Source: Antedon mediterranea (taxonomy: Eukaryota; Animalia; Echinodermata). From it: a DNA stretch of 64,000 bases. The stretch lies in the NCBI RefSeq assembly GCF_964355755.1, contig NC_092674.1, forward strand, positions 13,268,001-13,332,000, read 5' to 3'. Position 1 is the stretch's first letter. Each line of letters opens with the position of its first letter. The translations under genes and the position numbers were made by a program. Below, piece after piece: positions 51,552 to 64,000 of this stretch. Under the pieces are notes generated by a model. That model was not told where the DNA came from and ran no database searches. It worked only from the letters and a program-made list of their open reading frames with translations.

Positions 51552-51944
51552 CAGTGTGGCCAGCGGTTGTAATGAAAATATGCTAGGTGGCAGCACAAAA
51601 TTATGCCAGAATATGCCAGACACGTCAAATACGGCCAAAATAGCACAAAAACAACGTATCTGAGGGCGGTGTATATTTATGTTTTATGTACCACAAACGT
51701 CAGATGCCAAAAAATTATTCAGGTTTTCGGATAAATTATGCTAGATTTAGTACAAATTATGCTATTTTTTAATTATGCCAGATAATATGCTAAACGGTAG
51801 TAAATATGCTGTAAAATTGGGTTTTTCAAATTATACCAGATTATGCTAGATTTTCTAAAATTATGCCTAGCATAAATGCCAGAGGCCAGATGGGTCAAAA
51901 TTATGCCAAATAGCATCATAATTATGCCAGATTTGGCCACTATG
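51552..51944. mobile_element. hAT-type MITE with internal ATTATGCCAG repeats
   Basis: CAGTGTGGCCA...TGGCCACTATG ends; 8-bp TSD GTGGCAAC/GTTGCAAC. Confidence 0.65.
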
Positions 51945-54900
51945 GTTGCAACTAAAACTTCTCTGTAGTCACAATAAAACCTCTGTATAAAACGCGTGCC
52001 GCTGTCCCACATGTGAACGTGACATGTACATTTGATTTACATATGAGTCAAGATATTCCATGGTGTTCCAATTTATTTTATGTACCCAAAAATCCGGGCG
52101 GTTTCCTCTAAACTGCACGAAATCACCGAAAAACAGCTATTTTTTGAGAATTTCTTATAAATTGACCGATTTTTATGGCTGTTTCGACATTGTAATGCCT
52201 AATTAAGTACCTACAATGTCATGTTATTTTTAATTTAAAAAAACTTTAAACGTCGTCGGCATTGATTTTTAAATTAGACAATTTGAAAATTGCCCTGTGT
52301 TAAAGAATAGGCTTGTGTTGCCAATTTGTTAAGATTTCTACATAAACGTTCATAACGTTTGACCTAGTTATCCGATGATATTGGCTGTTCCATCATGCAA
52401 AAGAAGCTAATCAATCAAGCTTTCTAATGACCTAAAGTAAAATAGTTAAGATACTTTGTCGACACAGCTCCTTTTTTGAAGCAGTGTTTTGGTTGATCAG
52501 TGACCGACTAGTGTTAAAGGAGAGGCGAAAATGTTCGAAGTCGCCAAACCTTTCCTTAGCGGTCAGAACGTAACGTTAAAACTAAAATGACAGTTGCTGA
52601 AAAACTACTTATCTAAAACGCTTTATTTTTTTACGAAATGTAAGAGTTATTATCCCTTATTTTTAATATGTTAAATGTATTTAAGATTAAGGTACAGGAT
52701 TCTTTATATAAGTAGTTTTAAAACACTTGGTTTATTTGAAAACCATCGGCGTGGCTTTGCCGTATTGGTGGACTCGTCCATTGTACTAATATGAATAGGA
52801 TTGTAGCACCTTTATATAAAACGTTGAATTTGACCTATACGGTTTCCATTTCTGTTTTCTAATGTAAAATTAAAATTATATTATTAGTATCTCTATGTAA
52901 TATATTCATATTGTACTGTACTAGTTAGCATCTACATACCGTTATACTGCACTTTGTTTTGGTGATTTTTTAATGAAATTGTATACACAGGGAGTTGGTA
53001 TACCATTGGTTCTACTAAAATTATTATTACTTTTATTTGTTTGTGCAATATTTGAAGATTGCTACAAAAATAGAAATAATTTAAATATAATATATTTAAC
53101 AGATTAAGTGTACGCACTATGCCTATGGAACAGATTACCTATCGGACGTAGTTTAGTATGACACATCTGATATTCTATTATTATAATTATTTTGTTTCAG
53201 TTATTGTAACGCACCGTGTTCTTTATATCTTTGATTGTATATTGTTTTTCAATAAGCGTGCGGAGGATTCAGGTAATTTCTCTTAGTAATAGTATTAAAG
53301 GGTGACACCACGGCTTTAAAATGTATATTGCTTATTATAAAATATAAACCTTTTAATCAACATTGGTAATAACCGTGCCTAATTTTAGACAGCACTCAGG
53401 CAAAAGTTAAGTAGCTTCTTAAAAAAAAGTTGTTCTATAAGACAATACTACAGTCTGTACGCGTGTGAAGTGGAACTAATTCGCCTTAAAATACTAGTTT
53501 TAAAATATCATAATTAATTAACCTTTTAAATACCTGATAATCAAAGATGTGCGCGCGTGCAAATTAACAAAATTGACTATTTATTTACTAAAGCTATAAT
53601 GATGTTTTCTATTCCAGAAACTTTGTTGTTATGGGAACACAGTAAGTGATTGGTGTAGCTTCACACTAACGATATATTGAAACATTATATTAATTAGTCT
53701 CCTTTACATAAACTTTGGTCATATGCGACGATTTGAAATTCATATAGTTTTAGTATTGATATTATTACTGAGGTGTAGTAGTATGCCACATGTAATGTGG
53801 ATTGTTGAATATTGTAATGTATTGATGATAAAAAGTATATTATTATTGTCACCGAATTAGTCATGATATACGATGAATTTAAATCAGTTATAAGGTATAG
53901 TAGTATTATATCATTATTGTAACCGAATTAACATTGTTAAAGATTTATAGAATACAAATACTGGTACGTAATGTCCCACACTCTACACTAAACATGGCCA
54001 TGCTTTTAATACTGAACATTTTATTACATTGACAAGTCAGATTGTAATAATGTACTTTGTATCGAAACTATACTAAATGACCAAAAGGTGACATACACTT
54101 TTATCAAATCATATCCTGTTTTGTATCGTTGGATAGATATAAACTATGCAATTATTTTAACAATAATATTGTTTGTACATTATAAGTATGATGTAGTCAT
54201 TATTTGTTTATCATTGAAAGTGTAAAATGTTAGAATTGATCATGATCTTTGAAATTATAATCATGAATATTGTCTCAATGTTAATAGTTAAAGTAATCTT
54301 TTCTTTATTTTATATTATTTATTTTATATGTCATTTGACCTAAGCCTAAATAATATGAAAGCAATATTTAGAAAATAATTAATATTATATATCTATAATC
54401 CGAATGTGGATATTGGTATAATATGAATAATTAAACGATTTTCTCTCTGGGCTTCCGCTTTAAGTGAAGACATTATTTTATTATGACCTACATTAGTAAC
54501 GTTCTACCGCTATTTTTATTGAAGATAATCATGTAACTACTAATCACCAGATGTAAACAACAAACGCAGCGCATTAGAGGTCATTTTTATCCGACGAAGA
54601 AGAACCCAAACCATCAACAGAGACGAAGGCGCCCATCAGACACGTGAATGAACCTGTCATTTCTTCTGAAGGATCTGTCTGAGCAGGAAAGCGAAACTCC
54701 CAAGCAGGTTAGTCTCACTAATTTTTTTTTCGAAAATAATTAATAAATTTCACATGCCTTACCGTTACATAAAATGCAGAGTGTAAATAATCTCCGCGAA
54801 GCCATAGTAATTATGTCATTAACATGCATACTAGTCTAGAACAAAAATCTGAAAAGAGGCCTAGAAATCAAGATAGGGGAAGTGGAATGCTACAGGCAGT

Positions 54901-56214
54901 CAACATAGCCAGATATCAATCCCTTCTGATCACTCTAAGCTTTGTTGACACAATGTTTTGCCTAGACTATACATCACTTCAAGTAGTCTTCTAATACTAA
55001 TATCGGTACGTGTAATTTTCACATGATATCACGATTTTCCGCTAGACAACATCGACCAAATTTGCTTCACTCGTAACATCTCATCCCCTCCCCTAAAAAC
55101 TCATGTCTACTATTCTGTTGTACCATATCATGATACATTTCAAACATTCTTGTTTTGAAGATGTCGATATCTTGTCGTCTCTGCTTATCATTACTGTCTC
55201 AAAATCCACGTCAACATTGGCAAATGGTGGGGTACCGCAGGTTTTGACTTATTTTTCTCTTTTCCATTTATATTTAATAAGAGTTTGCTCCGTTTATCCA
55301 GTAGGATTCACTCAGCTTTGTTGGCATGGTACTTCTATCACTGTGACCATACTTGAAATGAGTATCTTGAATAACGAAATCAGCAACAGTTGGTCCCATA
55401 GAAATGAAAATTGGTTGCTTTTTAGTCGGCTGGAATTATATTGCTTTTATAGCCACAAAAATTGTAAGTACTCTGGTTTTCAGTGTCAACCACAAAAACA
55501 TCTACCCTTGCGCGTGTACTTTTCGCAGAAAATATTTGGACGTTTAGCTTAGCACAAAAATTCTGATTAAAAGTATAAATTCGCACTACATTGTGCTGCA
55601 TCGACGGTCGAAAATAACCGTTGAACAAAAGGTCATGTAGCTAGATCATTACGTAATCTTCAACACGCCCGTTAATTAATAGAACCATGGAGAAATAAGG
55701 TAGCTAACTTATTTCTCCATGATAGAACAAAAGAGTCTTAACACTATTATCGGGTCCTGAGTTGTATGTCCAACTTGTAAAGGAAATATAAAGTTGGTTG
55801 AGTATGTTTCAATGTTTCGGAAGCTTTTCTGTACTTGTTTATTTATAAACTGCGTCATCAGTTATTTTTCTCATATTGTACTTAATTGATTTTAAATCAA
55901 TTGGAGCTCATCAGTTATATACATTATAATGATTCCAGATTTGACAAAATAATCAAAACTGATTACATTAAATGTTTTAATATTTACATAAACAATGGTA
56001 CGAAGACGTAAACTTATTGTGAGCTTCTGCATTTAAATTATATTATTAAGAGGTTAATTAGGTCTATTTCAAATAACAGTTCCGAATATTTGGATGTGTT
56101 GCTTATTCTCGAAATTGTCTTTTATTTCAAACTCACATAAACGGGCAATGAAATCTCCGTTATTAAACACATTATTTTAAGCTTATTCAGTATTATTTAA
56201 TAGTATTATTCAAT

Positions 56215-56217
<3 letters not shown>

Positions 56218-56286
<69 letters not shown>
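56218..56286. repeat. (TA)n microsatellite
   Basis: About 34 perfect dinucleotide units. Confidence 0.97.
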
Positions 56287-56292
<6 letters not shown>

Positions 56293-56869
56293 CCTTTTTC
56301 TTCTTCTTCTTTTTACTTGATTAGATAAAACATGTTAGTGAGAAAATGCCAATATTTTAGTTAACATTTATCATCTAATGATATTATTTTAAGTATACCC
56401 ACAAATTGCACTTTTTATGTATACTTAAATAGGTTGTTATTTTCGCATATTTGTTGCTGTTAAAATAATAAATATTACACTTCAAAAAACTTTCCAAAAA
56501 CAGTGGTACACACCAATGACAACAAAAAAGATGTGAAAACAAACTCTATTTTACGTTCTTGTCACTATTAATATTTTGAACGATTGAGTTGGAAGAAAAG
56601 GTGCGTTATGTGCAAAGGTAAAATAAAAAAAAGATATTTTAAAACCAATGTTACACTGTAAAAATGATTTCGGAAAAGACACAAATAAAGCATTAATCAG
56701 CAATTATCACTGTCTACTCATCAACCAAACTACTGCACCAAACGTGCCGCAAAGCAAATATTCAATTCACAGTCATTCATTTTTAATTTTGTTAAAAATA
56801 ATGTATGTATTATGAAAACATTTCTTCTGGTTTCGATTCGTATAATGATATAAGACTAGTAGTTCTTTG

Positions 56870-58310
56870 ATAGTAAACCAATAAAACTTACGTTGGCAAG
56901 ACAGTTTCGTCTAGCTGTCATCTTGACTTCTTCAGTTGCTATGATGCGTTATGTCTACGACTGGTCTACTTTCCATCCACTAGATGTTTTTGTTGTGTAG
57001 CCAGGGGACCAGTCGTCGTCAGAAGCTGATCGTAAATGTGAGATAGTTGGTGCGCGCCTTCGTCTCTATTCATCTTTGTATTTTTATTTTGCTTTCTTAT
57101 GCTGATGCTTTCTTTAATTTTACGTTTAAGCCAAACTTGTTCTTTGTGTAGTACCTCTATCTTATCCCAGTTAGGTATGTGGTTGTGTGTGGTCATATGG
57201 TCCGTGATCGCTGATTTATGTAAAATGGAGGACGAAACTTTCCGTGATGCACGCGTCTGTATGTTCTGTGTGTTTTCCTCAACATCTTTCTTGTGTTCTT
57301 TAATTTGGTTTTGAGTGCCCTACCCGTTTCCCCAATGTACACCATCTCACAGTTGGTGCAACCCACTTTGCAGACAACACCACAGGAATCCTCTTTGCAT
57401 GCTTTATCTTTCGGTCGGACGATTAAGTTTTTTATTTTGTTAGATGGTTTAAAGTATGTTCGTATGTTATATTTTTTAAATGTTCTCTTGATTTTCTCTG
57501 ACAGGCCTTGAATATAAATGGGATGGATATCGACCCTCTTATGTCTTCTGTTTCGGGGTGTGTGTCCGTTTTTTGTTTATCTTAGTTACGTTGTACCTTT
57601 CTAATCGTCCATGTAGGGTAGTTACATTGTTTAAGTGAAGTATGTATATTCTTAGTTTCGTTCTGTTTGTCTGTATTATTTGTGATTATCGTGTTACATC
57701 TGTGTAGAGTGTGCGGATAACGGATAACTTGTGTTGTAGAGGATGATGTGAGTTAAAGTCCAAGTATTGATTTGTGTGGGTGGCTTTCCTAAAAACTTTA
57801 GTGTTGATGTTGCCTTCCCCATCAACTAAAACTAGTGTATCCAAGAATGGGATAGAGTTGTCTGTTAAGGACATTTCTTCGCAAGTGAAATTAATGGCAT
57901 CATCGAAGTGTTGTAATAATGGTTGTGTCGCATCCTTGGGAATTATTGTTATAATGTCATCTACATACCTTTTCCATATCCTCGGTTTTATGTCGGTATG
58001 AGCTGTAGTTATTGCCTCATTTTCCAGCCATTCCATAAATAAATTCGCAACAATCAGAGAACATGGACTACCCATGGCCATACCTGAATTTTTCTGGTAG
58101 ATATCCCCTCTGAAATATGTGGTGTTGAGTACCAATTGAAGCAATTCCATAATGTCGTTGATATGTAACCACGTTCTCTCTGATAGTTGTTTATCACAGT
58201 GTAAGCGTTCTTCAGTTATTTTGAGAGACTTGTTGTCTGGTGTTTTGGTAAATAATGACACTACATCATAAGAGACCAATGTTTCATTTGGCTGTAACTA
58301 TCAAAGAACT
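56870..58310 (-). mobile_element. Penelope-like retroelement, 5'-truncated (RT + GIY-YIG)
   Basis: SYDVVSLFT, GMAMGSP, WKRYVDD, PFLD, FRKATHTNQYL; then YIGETG, SAITDH, RKIKESISI, MNRDEG; frameshifted. Confidence 0.93.
56896..56939 (-). ncRNA. Minimal type I hammerhead ribozyme in the Penelope terminal repeat
   Basis: GCAA-CUGAAGA-AGUC(loop)GAC-GAAA-CU-GUC-UUGC: conserved core, stems I and II, GUC cleavage triplet. Confidence 0.75.
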
Positions 58311-58536
58311 ACTTATATCATTAATGTATGTATTTTTGTATATTATTGTAATATTCGATGTTTTTTTTTACTATTATAATGTCAATTATTATCCTATTGG
58401 AAATAAGGATTTAGGCGAAACCAGCCTAGTAATTTGAATTTCTACAGACGCCCATTAAATTGTAAAATTGTTATTATTTTTTTTAATCAAACTGAATTAT
58501 ATAGCACCTGTTATTAATAATATTTGTAACAATTAC

Positions 58537-58635
58537 ATTGTTTGGAAGATCAACTTTAGCACCTGCCTTGAGCAATATAGTGCAAACGGCTGTGTGGCCC
58601 TTTTCTGCAGCCGTATTTAAAGGTGACCATTCATT
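58537..58635 (-). CDS. Ankyrin-repeat exon with a mutated acceptor (NEWSPLNTAAEKGHTAVCTILLKAGAKVDLPNN)
   Basis: Open 99-nt repeat with GTAATT donor, but the acceptor reads CAA instead of CAG. Confidence 0.7.
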
Positions 58636-58911
58636 TTGAAATAATTACAAACATCATGTTATTGTAGTCTTCTACAAAAAGCTAATTAATATTGTATTTA
58701 AGTCAATTCTATGTGATCAAGAAAAATTATCTTAAAGGCCAGATGAGGGGAAAGAATTCCTATTAATCTTACATTCCAATATCTATATTTTCCCCTATGT
58801 TTCATAGTTGATGGGATTTTATTTGTAATTGGTCAGATGTTTTGCTCTACTCTGACGTAATTTATTCTTCATATTAAGTACATTATTGAGAACACTTTCG
58901 CATTCCAATTA

Positions 58912-58960
58912 GTTCTCGGGTGGGACTTGAACCCACGACCTCCAGATCGCTGATCTTTCG
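58912..58960 (-). mobile_element. tRNA-related SINE fragment
   Basis: GGTCGTGGGTTCAAGTCCCACCCGAG T-arm/B-box; no D-arm or acceptor-stem partner found. Confidence 0.4.
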
Positions 58961-59473
58961 CTGATGACTAGTGGTTAGATTCAAGCCCAAAGTAAGCAGC
59001 GGGTACTGTACCAACAGGGTTGTAATTTTATTAAACAACTGTGGAGAGTAGGGCAAAACTCCATGACGCAAAGCTACTCCAAAGTAGTTTAATACAATTA
59101 CAACCCCCGATTTAATTTGTGTTACACAAGATTGTTGAAAATAAGCACTTTATTATCAGTCAAATTACACAATGTAATATCTATTCTTTTGTACACAAAT
59201 GTTGAAAATAGAGAGGCATTTTAATTTATTGATGATAAAAAGTTTATTATTACTGTAACCGAATTAGTCATGATATACGATGAATTTAAATCAGGTATAT
59301 TAAATTAGAAGTAGTCGTGATCTTTGAAATTATAATCATGAATATTGTCCATGTTAATAATCTAAAGTAATATTTTTTTTAATGACGTCACCTTTATACA
59401 ATAGGACACCGGTTTTTGTAGAGAGTTCGAAATAGAAATGGTTAGGTTAGTCAGTGTGTGCTCTAAATTGAGC

Positions 59474-59987
59474 TGTTTTTACTTCACAATATCAATTTAA
59501 TTGGATCTACCAATTAGGTCAGCTGCTGTTGATTCCTTGTTTTAATGTACGCAGCTCTCACAACATACAGAAATTAAAAGAGTAAAATTAATGTTTAAAG
59601 TACTTCCTTTAATATGCACCATCCACAATAATGTCAACATTTGCAAAGTAATTCCAAAACAAAGTAAAATCCCAGAGATATCCAATAGTAATAAAGTGTA
59701 AATAATAAACTGTAGAGCTAGAGCTGGTAAAAGAAAAATAATGGCTGCGGTGCACTTGCACAGACCTGTACCCTTGCACAGGCAAACAACAACTGAACAG
59801 ATCAAAAGAAAATTAGGACAAAGGAAAACAAAGGAGAAACAGCACACTGTGCACACTTGGAAAATAATATGTAAATGAGAATGCAAATAAGAAAGTAACA
59901 GAATAAATGAATATTCATAGGGCAGAAACTTCTATAATAATAGGAAATAAAGCAATATAAAATAAATACATGCACTCTGCAGTAACA
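59474..59987 (-). mobile_element. 3' LTR of the BEL/Pao element (distal boundary approximate)
   Basis: PPT-like GAGGGAGCCA followed by TGTTAC on the minus strand; ATTAAA signal; ends ACA. Confidence 0.55.
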
Positions 59988-60198
59988 TGGCTCCCTCAAG
60001 GACGTAAACTAATTACATTAACATTGAAGTCCTTGTAAATTAAATATAAAAGTTCTTGTTGAAACATAACATATAAGTACACTCAAAAGTTCTAATGCAT
60101 ATCCAAGCAAAAAGTTCATATTAAAATAAACAAATTTCTTGATTCCATTTTCTCAATACGCATCAAACGGTTGGCTCCCTGACTGGGATTGGACCACT

Positions 60199-60969
60199 TC
60201 AAGAATCACTAGCCACTAACAATATCAACTTGTGAATAGGTCGTTCGTAATGACCACTCTGATGACGAAGTTTGACCTTCCATACGAGATCATCCTTGCT
60301 CTTCATCACTTCCACAATTCGACCAAGCTTCCAATCATTGCGTGGTGCATTTTCATCCTTGATGATAACTATGTCACCTACACAAAAATTCCTTCTAGTG
60401 ACGTTCCACGTTTGTCTGGTTTGAAGAGTGGTGAGATACTCGTTACGCCACCGATGCCAAAACTGATTGGCCATAAACTGGACCCGCCGCCATCTCCTTC
60501 GGCAATATATATCACTTGCCTGGAATTCGCCTGGTGGTGGTAACAGAATATTTGACTTCATTGTCAACAAGTGATTCGGTGTGAGTGCTTCTGGAGCTGT
60601 AGGATCTGAAAGATTGTTTACAGTTAACGGACGTAAATTTACAATACTCTGTACCTCACAAAAAAATGTGCGAAAAGTTTCGTCACACAGATGATCTCCA
60701 CAGCTATTCAATAATTGTGTCAACGCACTGCGCACAGTCCTTATTTGACGCTCCCATACGCCTCCCATGTGACTTGCTGTGGGAAAATTAAGTATCCATC
60801 TACATTGCTGGTCACGTAGAAAGTTTTGCACTTTACAGAACTCGTTGATCGCCCCAACAAAATGTGTTCCCTGGTCCGATCGCATCTGGTATACTGGACC
60901 TCTTATGCTTAAGAAACGTCGTAAGGCGTTTATGAATGAATTTGTTTCTAGTGAGTTGACTGATTCAAG
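60199..60969 (-). pseudogene. BEL/Pao integrase, C-terminal part
   Basis: FINALRRFLSIRGP, RSDQGTHFVGA, ASHMGGVWERQIR, RPLT, LTPNHLL, FWHRWRNEYL, ERPIHKL. Confidence 0.95.
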
Positions 60970-62930
60970 ATTTATTTATTTATTTCGTTTTCTTTTAGTA
61001 GGGTAGCCCTCTCTGTAATAAAATAAAACTGCTCTTCCGAGGGGCCCTACGGCACATTTAAACAAAATTTGAAAACAACTTAAACTAAACTTAAACTAAA
61101 ACTTAAACTAAAACTAAACTTCAATGCATGTTCTCATTATTATTATACTTTTATACCATATTTAAATATATTTCACTGGAACCATCCTAGACCACCGGCA
61201 ACAATAAATGAATCTTAACAAGTGATTTAAAACGGTTATAATTGTTTTGTTTTCTTAATTCATAAGGTAGGCCATTCCAGAGTGAACTTCCATAATAAAC
61301 AAAACTACGTTTGTATATTTTGAGGTTACATCTGGGCAAATACAACAGATTATTTTCATAGTTTCTGGTTTGAATATTGTGTACACTACTAATATATTGC
61401 AAAACATCACATAAGTATGAAGGTACAGATTCTTGTAAACATATAAATATTGTACAAATTGTATGATATTCAATTCTTGTCTTAATTGTTAGCCAACCTA
61501 AATCATAATGCATTTGTCTAACAGGAGTTCGAATATCAGCACCTAGTGTTAATCGTGCAGCTCTATTTTGTACCCTTTGCAATTTTAAAATATGGGCGTT
61601 TGAACCAGTACCCCAGACTGTTGAACAATAGTCAATATGTGATAAAAATAGAGCATTGTATAATCTTTTAATAATTTTAAGAGATGTAAAACTTTTCAAT
61701 CTATAAAATAGATGTAGAATTGTTGATAGTTTTGCACATATAGAATCAATATGTACTTTCCATGAGAGTTGTTCATCAAATGTAAGTCCCAAATATTTAA
61801 ACGTTTCAACTTTCTCATCTCAATCGGAATGTTATCAAAAATTACTGTTTCATCTGTTGTTTTATTAACACGTGCATGAGTACCAAAAAGCATGTATTTG
61901 GTTTTATCAATGTTTAGAGTTAATTTATGTTTATCTAACCATTGTTTTACATTTTCCAACTGTTCAGTTAAAACTGTTGTAAGCTCTTCATTTGATTTAC
62001 ATGCATAAAAAAGCGCAGTGTCGTCTGCATAGAGGACTGTTTTACAAATCCCATCAACACTATCATGTAAATCATTTATGTATAAAATAAACAACAAAGG
62101 GCCAAGAATTGAGCCTTGTGGTACCCCATAGTTGACATTTAAAATTTCAGATTTTTTTCCATTAAAATTAACAAATTGTTTGCGATTTTTTAAATAATTA
62201 CTGAACCATGCAAGCTCAGTGTTTATCATTCCAAAGGTGCATAATTTACGTAATAAAATATCGTGGTCTACCGTATCAAACGCCTTTTTTAGGTCAAGAA
62301 AAATTGCTCCAGTTACCAAGCCATTATCAATATTTTTATATATATAATTGCATACATCTATCAGTGTAGTAGAAGTTGAATGTAACGACCTAAAACCAGA
62401 TTGATTTTTACATAATAAATTAAACTCATTTATATGATTCATAACTTGATTATGGATGCATCTTTCAAAAACTTTCATAACAATAGGTATAACAGATATT
62501 GGACGGTAGTTGTTAAGTTTATGTTTACATCCTCCTTTATAAAGCGGAGTAACCTTAGCACATTTCCATTCACTTGGAATAACACCAGATCTTAATGACC
62601 AGTTAAACAAAAAGGCAAGACTTTGAGAAATTTGTGAAGATGCAATTTTAAGTAACCTAGCGGAAATCCCATCAATTCCAGTAGCTTTTCCAATTTCTAA
62701 CTTTTCCAACAAAGCTTCAATTTCATTTTCATTAATATCTTTAAAGTTGAAACGTTGTTGAAATTGTGATAACGATTCAACGGTAATATCGTTTTGGTTG
62801 TCATTAAAATGGGATGCAAGTTCATTAGAAATTGAACAAAAATATTTATTAAAATGATTAGCAATATCAGTTGGATTGTTTATTTCATTACCGTTTACAT
62901 TGAGAGTTGTTTTAGTTTGTTTCTTTTTAC
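60970..62930 (-). mobile_element. 5'-truncated CR1/L2-group LINE (RT, ORFs 61696-62712 and 61187-61792 separated by a frameshift)
   Basis: KATGIDGI, NYRPIS, QSGFR, FLDLKKAFDTVDH, GVPQGSILGPLLF, YADD; (TAAA)n tail at 60971-60985. Confidence 0.95.
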
Positions 62931-64000
62931 TGCCTTATTTGTCAAAAAGACAGCAAATTGCGCAAAGGATGGACTTATTTGATTCTTTTGACACGAAGCC
63001 ACTATCCCTCTCCATTTGGTCTCAATGTAAACTGGCAACTTATTAAGAATCTTGCAATTCTCCGCAGAGTAGTTAAGTATGCCTAAATCTGGGATTGTGG
63101 CCTGAGCAGCTACAATTTCATTGATGTAGTCAGAAAAGTCGCGTAACCCTACGTGATATCTTCCATTAATCTTGGGCCAGGAATCCAACTTCTTCAGGAA
63201 TGCCTGTGCTAAAACGGAGCTGTGACCATAACTATTGCGCAACTCTTGCCTAGCCTTCAAGTACGCATTTTCCGTTCCAAGTAACAAGTAGTTCTCCACC
63301 AAGCTTTTTGGTTTACCATCCAGATGTTGTCTTAGCAGATACAATTTTTCATTAACTGAGACCGCCTTACATTCTATCAAGGAAGAGAATGCTGCTTCCC
63401 ACGTAGGAAACTTCAGTGGGTTTCCATCAAATTTCTCCACTACAACAGGCGGTAGCTTAAATGAATCGGTAAGTTGACGTAAAATGTTAGTGTCATAAAT
63501 GGATACTTGATCTGGTCGCACATCAGCTGCAGGCACACCTACAGTAGACGACTGAATAGATACTACAGGTACACTCTTAGATGATGATATAGAAGTTGTG
63601 TTAATTGATGAAGTATATAGATACGTCGAAGGTGTAGGCCTACTGCCAGATGACACACACACCGGAACAGGAAGGTAAGTCATTGGTACATTCACTGGTG
63701 CTGCACTAAATGGCACCTAAGTACTAGGTACTTCTGACGACGCACGAATTGGAACGTAATTTGACGTGGGATGTATACTCACTGATGCTGTACAAACTGG
63801 TAAGTAATTCACAGGTACACCAACTGACGACGCACTAGTAACGTAAGTTGACGTCGCACACACAGGCACGTAGGTAGAGGTGTAAATTGGAACGTACAGT
63901 GATGGTACATTAGCATAAATTGAACTTGCAGGAACTGTGTACGCCTGAGAAGCTGTTGAATTAATATTAAAGTTAGTTGCAGGCATTGTACTAGAAGCAA
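62931..64000 (-). pseudogene. BEL/Pao gag region, runs off the window end
   Basis: LPPVVVEKFDGNPLKFPTWEAAFSSLI...EKLYLLRQHL...LDSWPKI...LRDFSD...ILNKLP; stop at 63717-19; long S/T/V/P-rich N-terminal stretch. Confidence 0.88.

Noticed and set aside
54700-55630. Less AT-rich stretch with ORFs 55103-55552 and 55422-55628
   Set aside because: No recognisable protein family in the frames examined; may be a decayed gene or TE but cannot be supported.
58883-59071. Intron-containing tRNA gene
   Set aside because: Only the T-arm/B-box is present; no A-box or acceptor-stem pairing found.
60232-61006. Plus-strand ORFs 60232-60543 and 60779-61006, and most other 60-130-aa ORFs in the track
   Set aside because: Antisense shadows of TE genes or chance ORFs in AT-rich intron DNA.

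Overview
AT-rich animal (invertebrate-like) genomic DNA with spliceosomal introns; no prokaryotic operon or CRISPR signal. The backbone is one minus-strand ankyrin-repeat gene made of 99-nt, phase-0, one-repeat exons (58537-58635, 39194-39292, 23093-23191, 18229-18327, 10679-10777) followed by a capping exon (1668-1770) and a 36-nt exon (315-350); it grew by tandem duplication of exon+intron blocks. Its introns are full of transposons: Helitrons, Kolobok (THAP + KolX), MULE/hAT/Tc1 MITEs, a 6.9-kb foldback element, and Gypsy, BEL, Penelope and LINE remnants. The standout is an 8.3-kb Maverick/Polinton-derived palindromic element (30477-38762; AGT termini, 6-bp TSD ATTATA, ~3.3-kb inverted arms). 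It lacks replication and capsid genes but keeps an integrase stub and an apparent host-manipulation module: a spliced acidic IxCxE protein, a tandem-SIM acidic protein and a Bcl-2 homologue. All alignments and family assignments were made by eye, without database searches.
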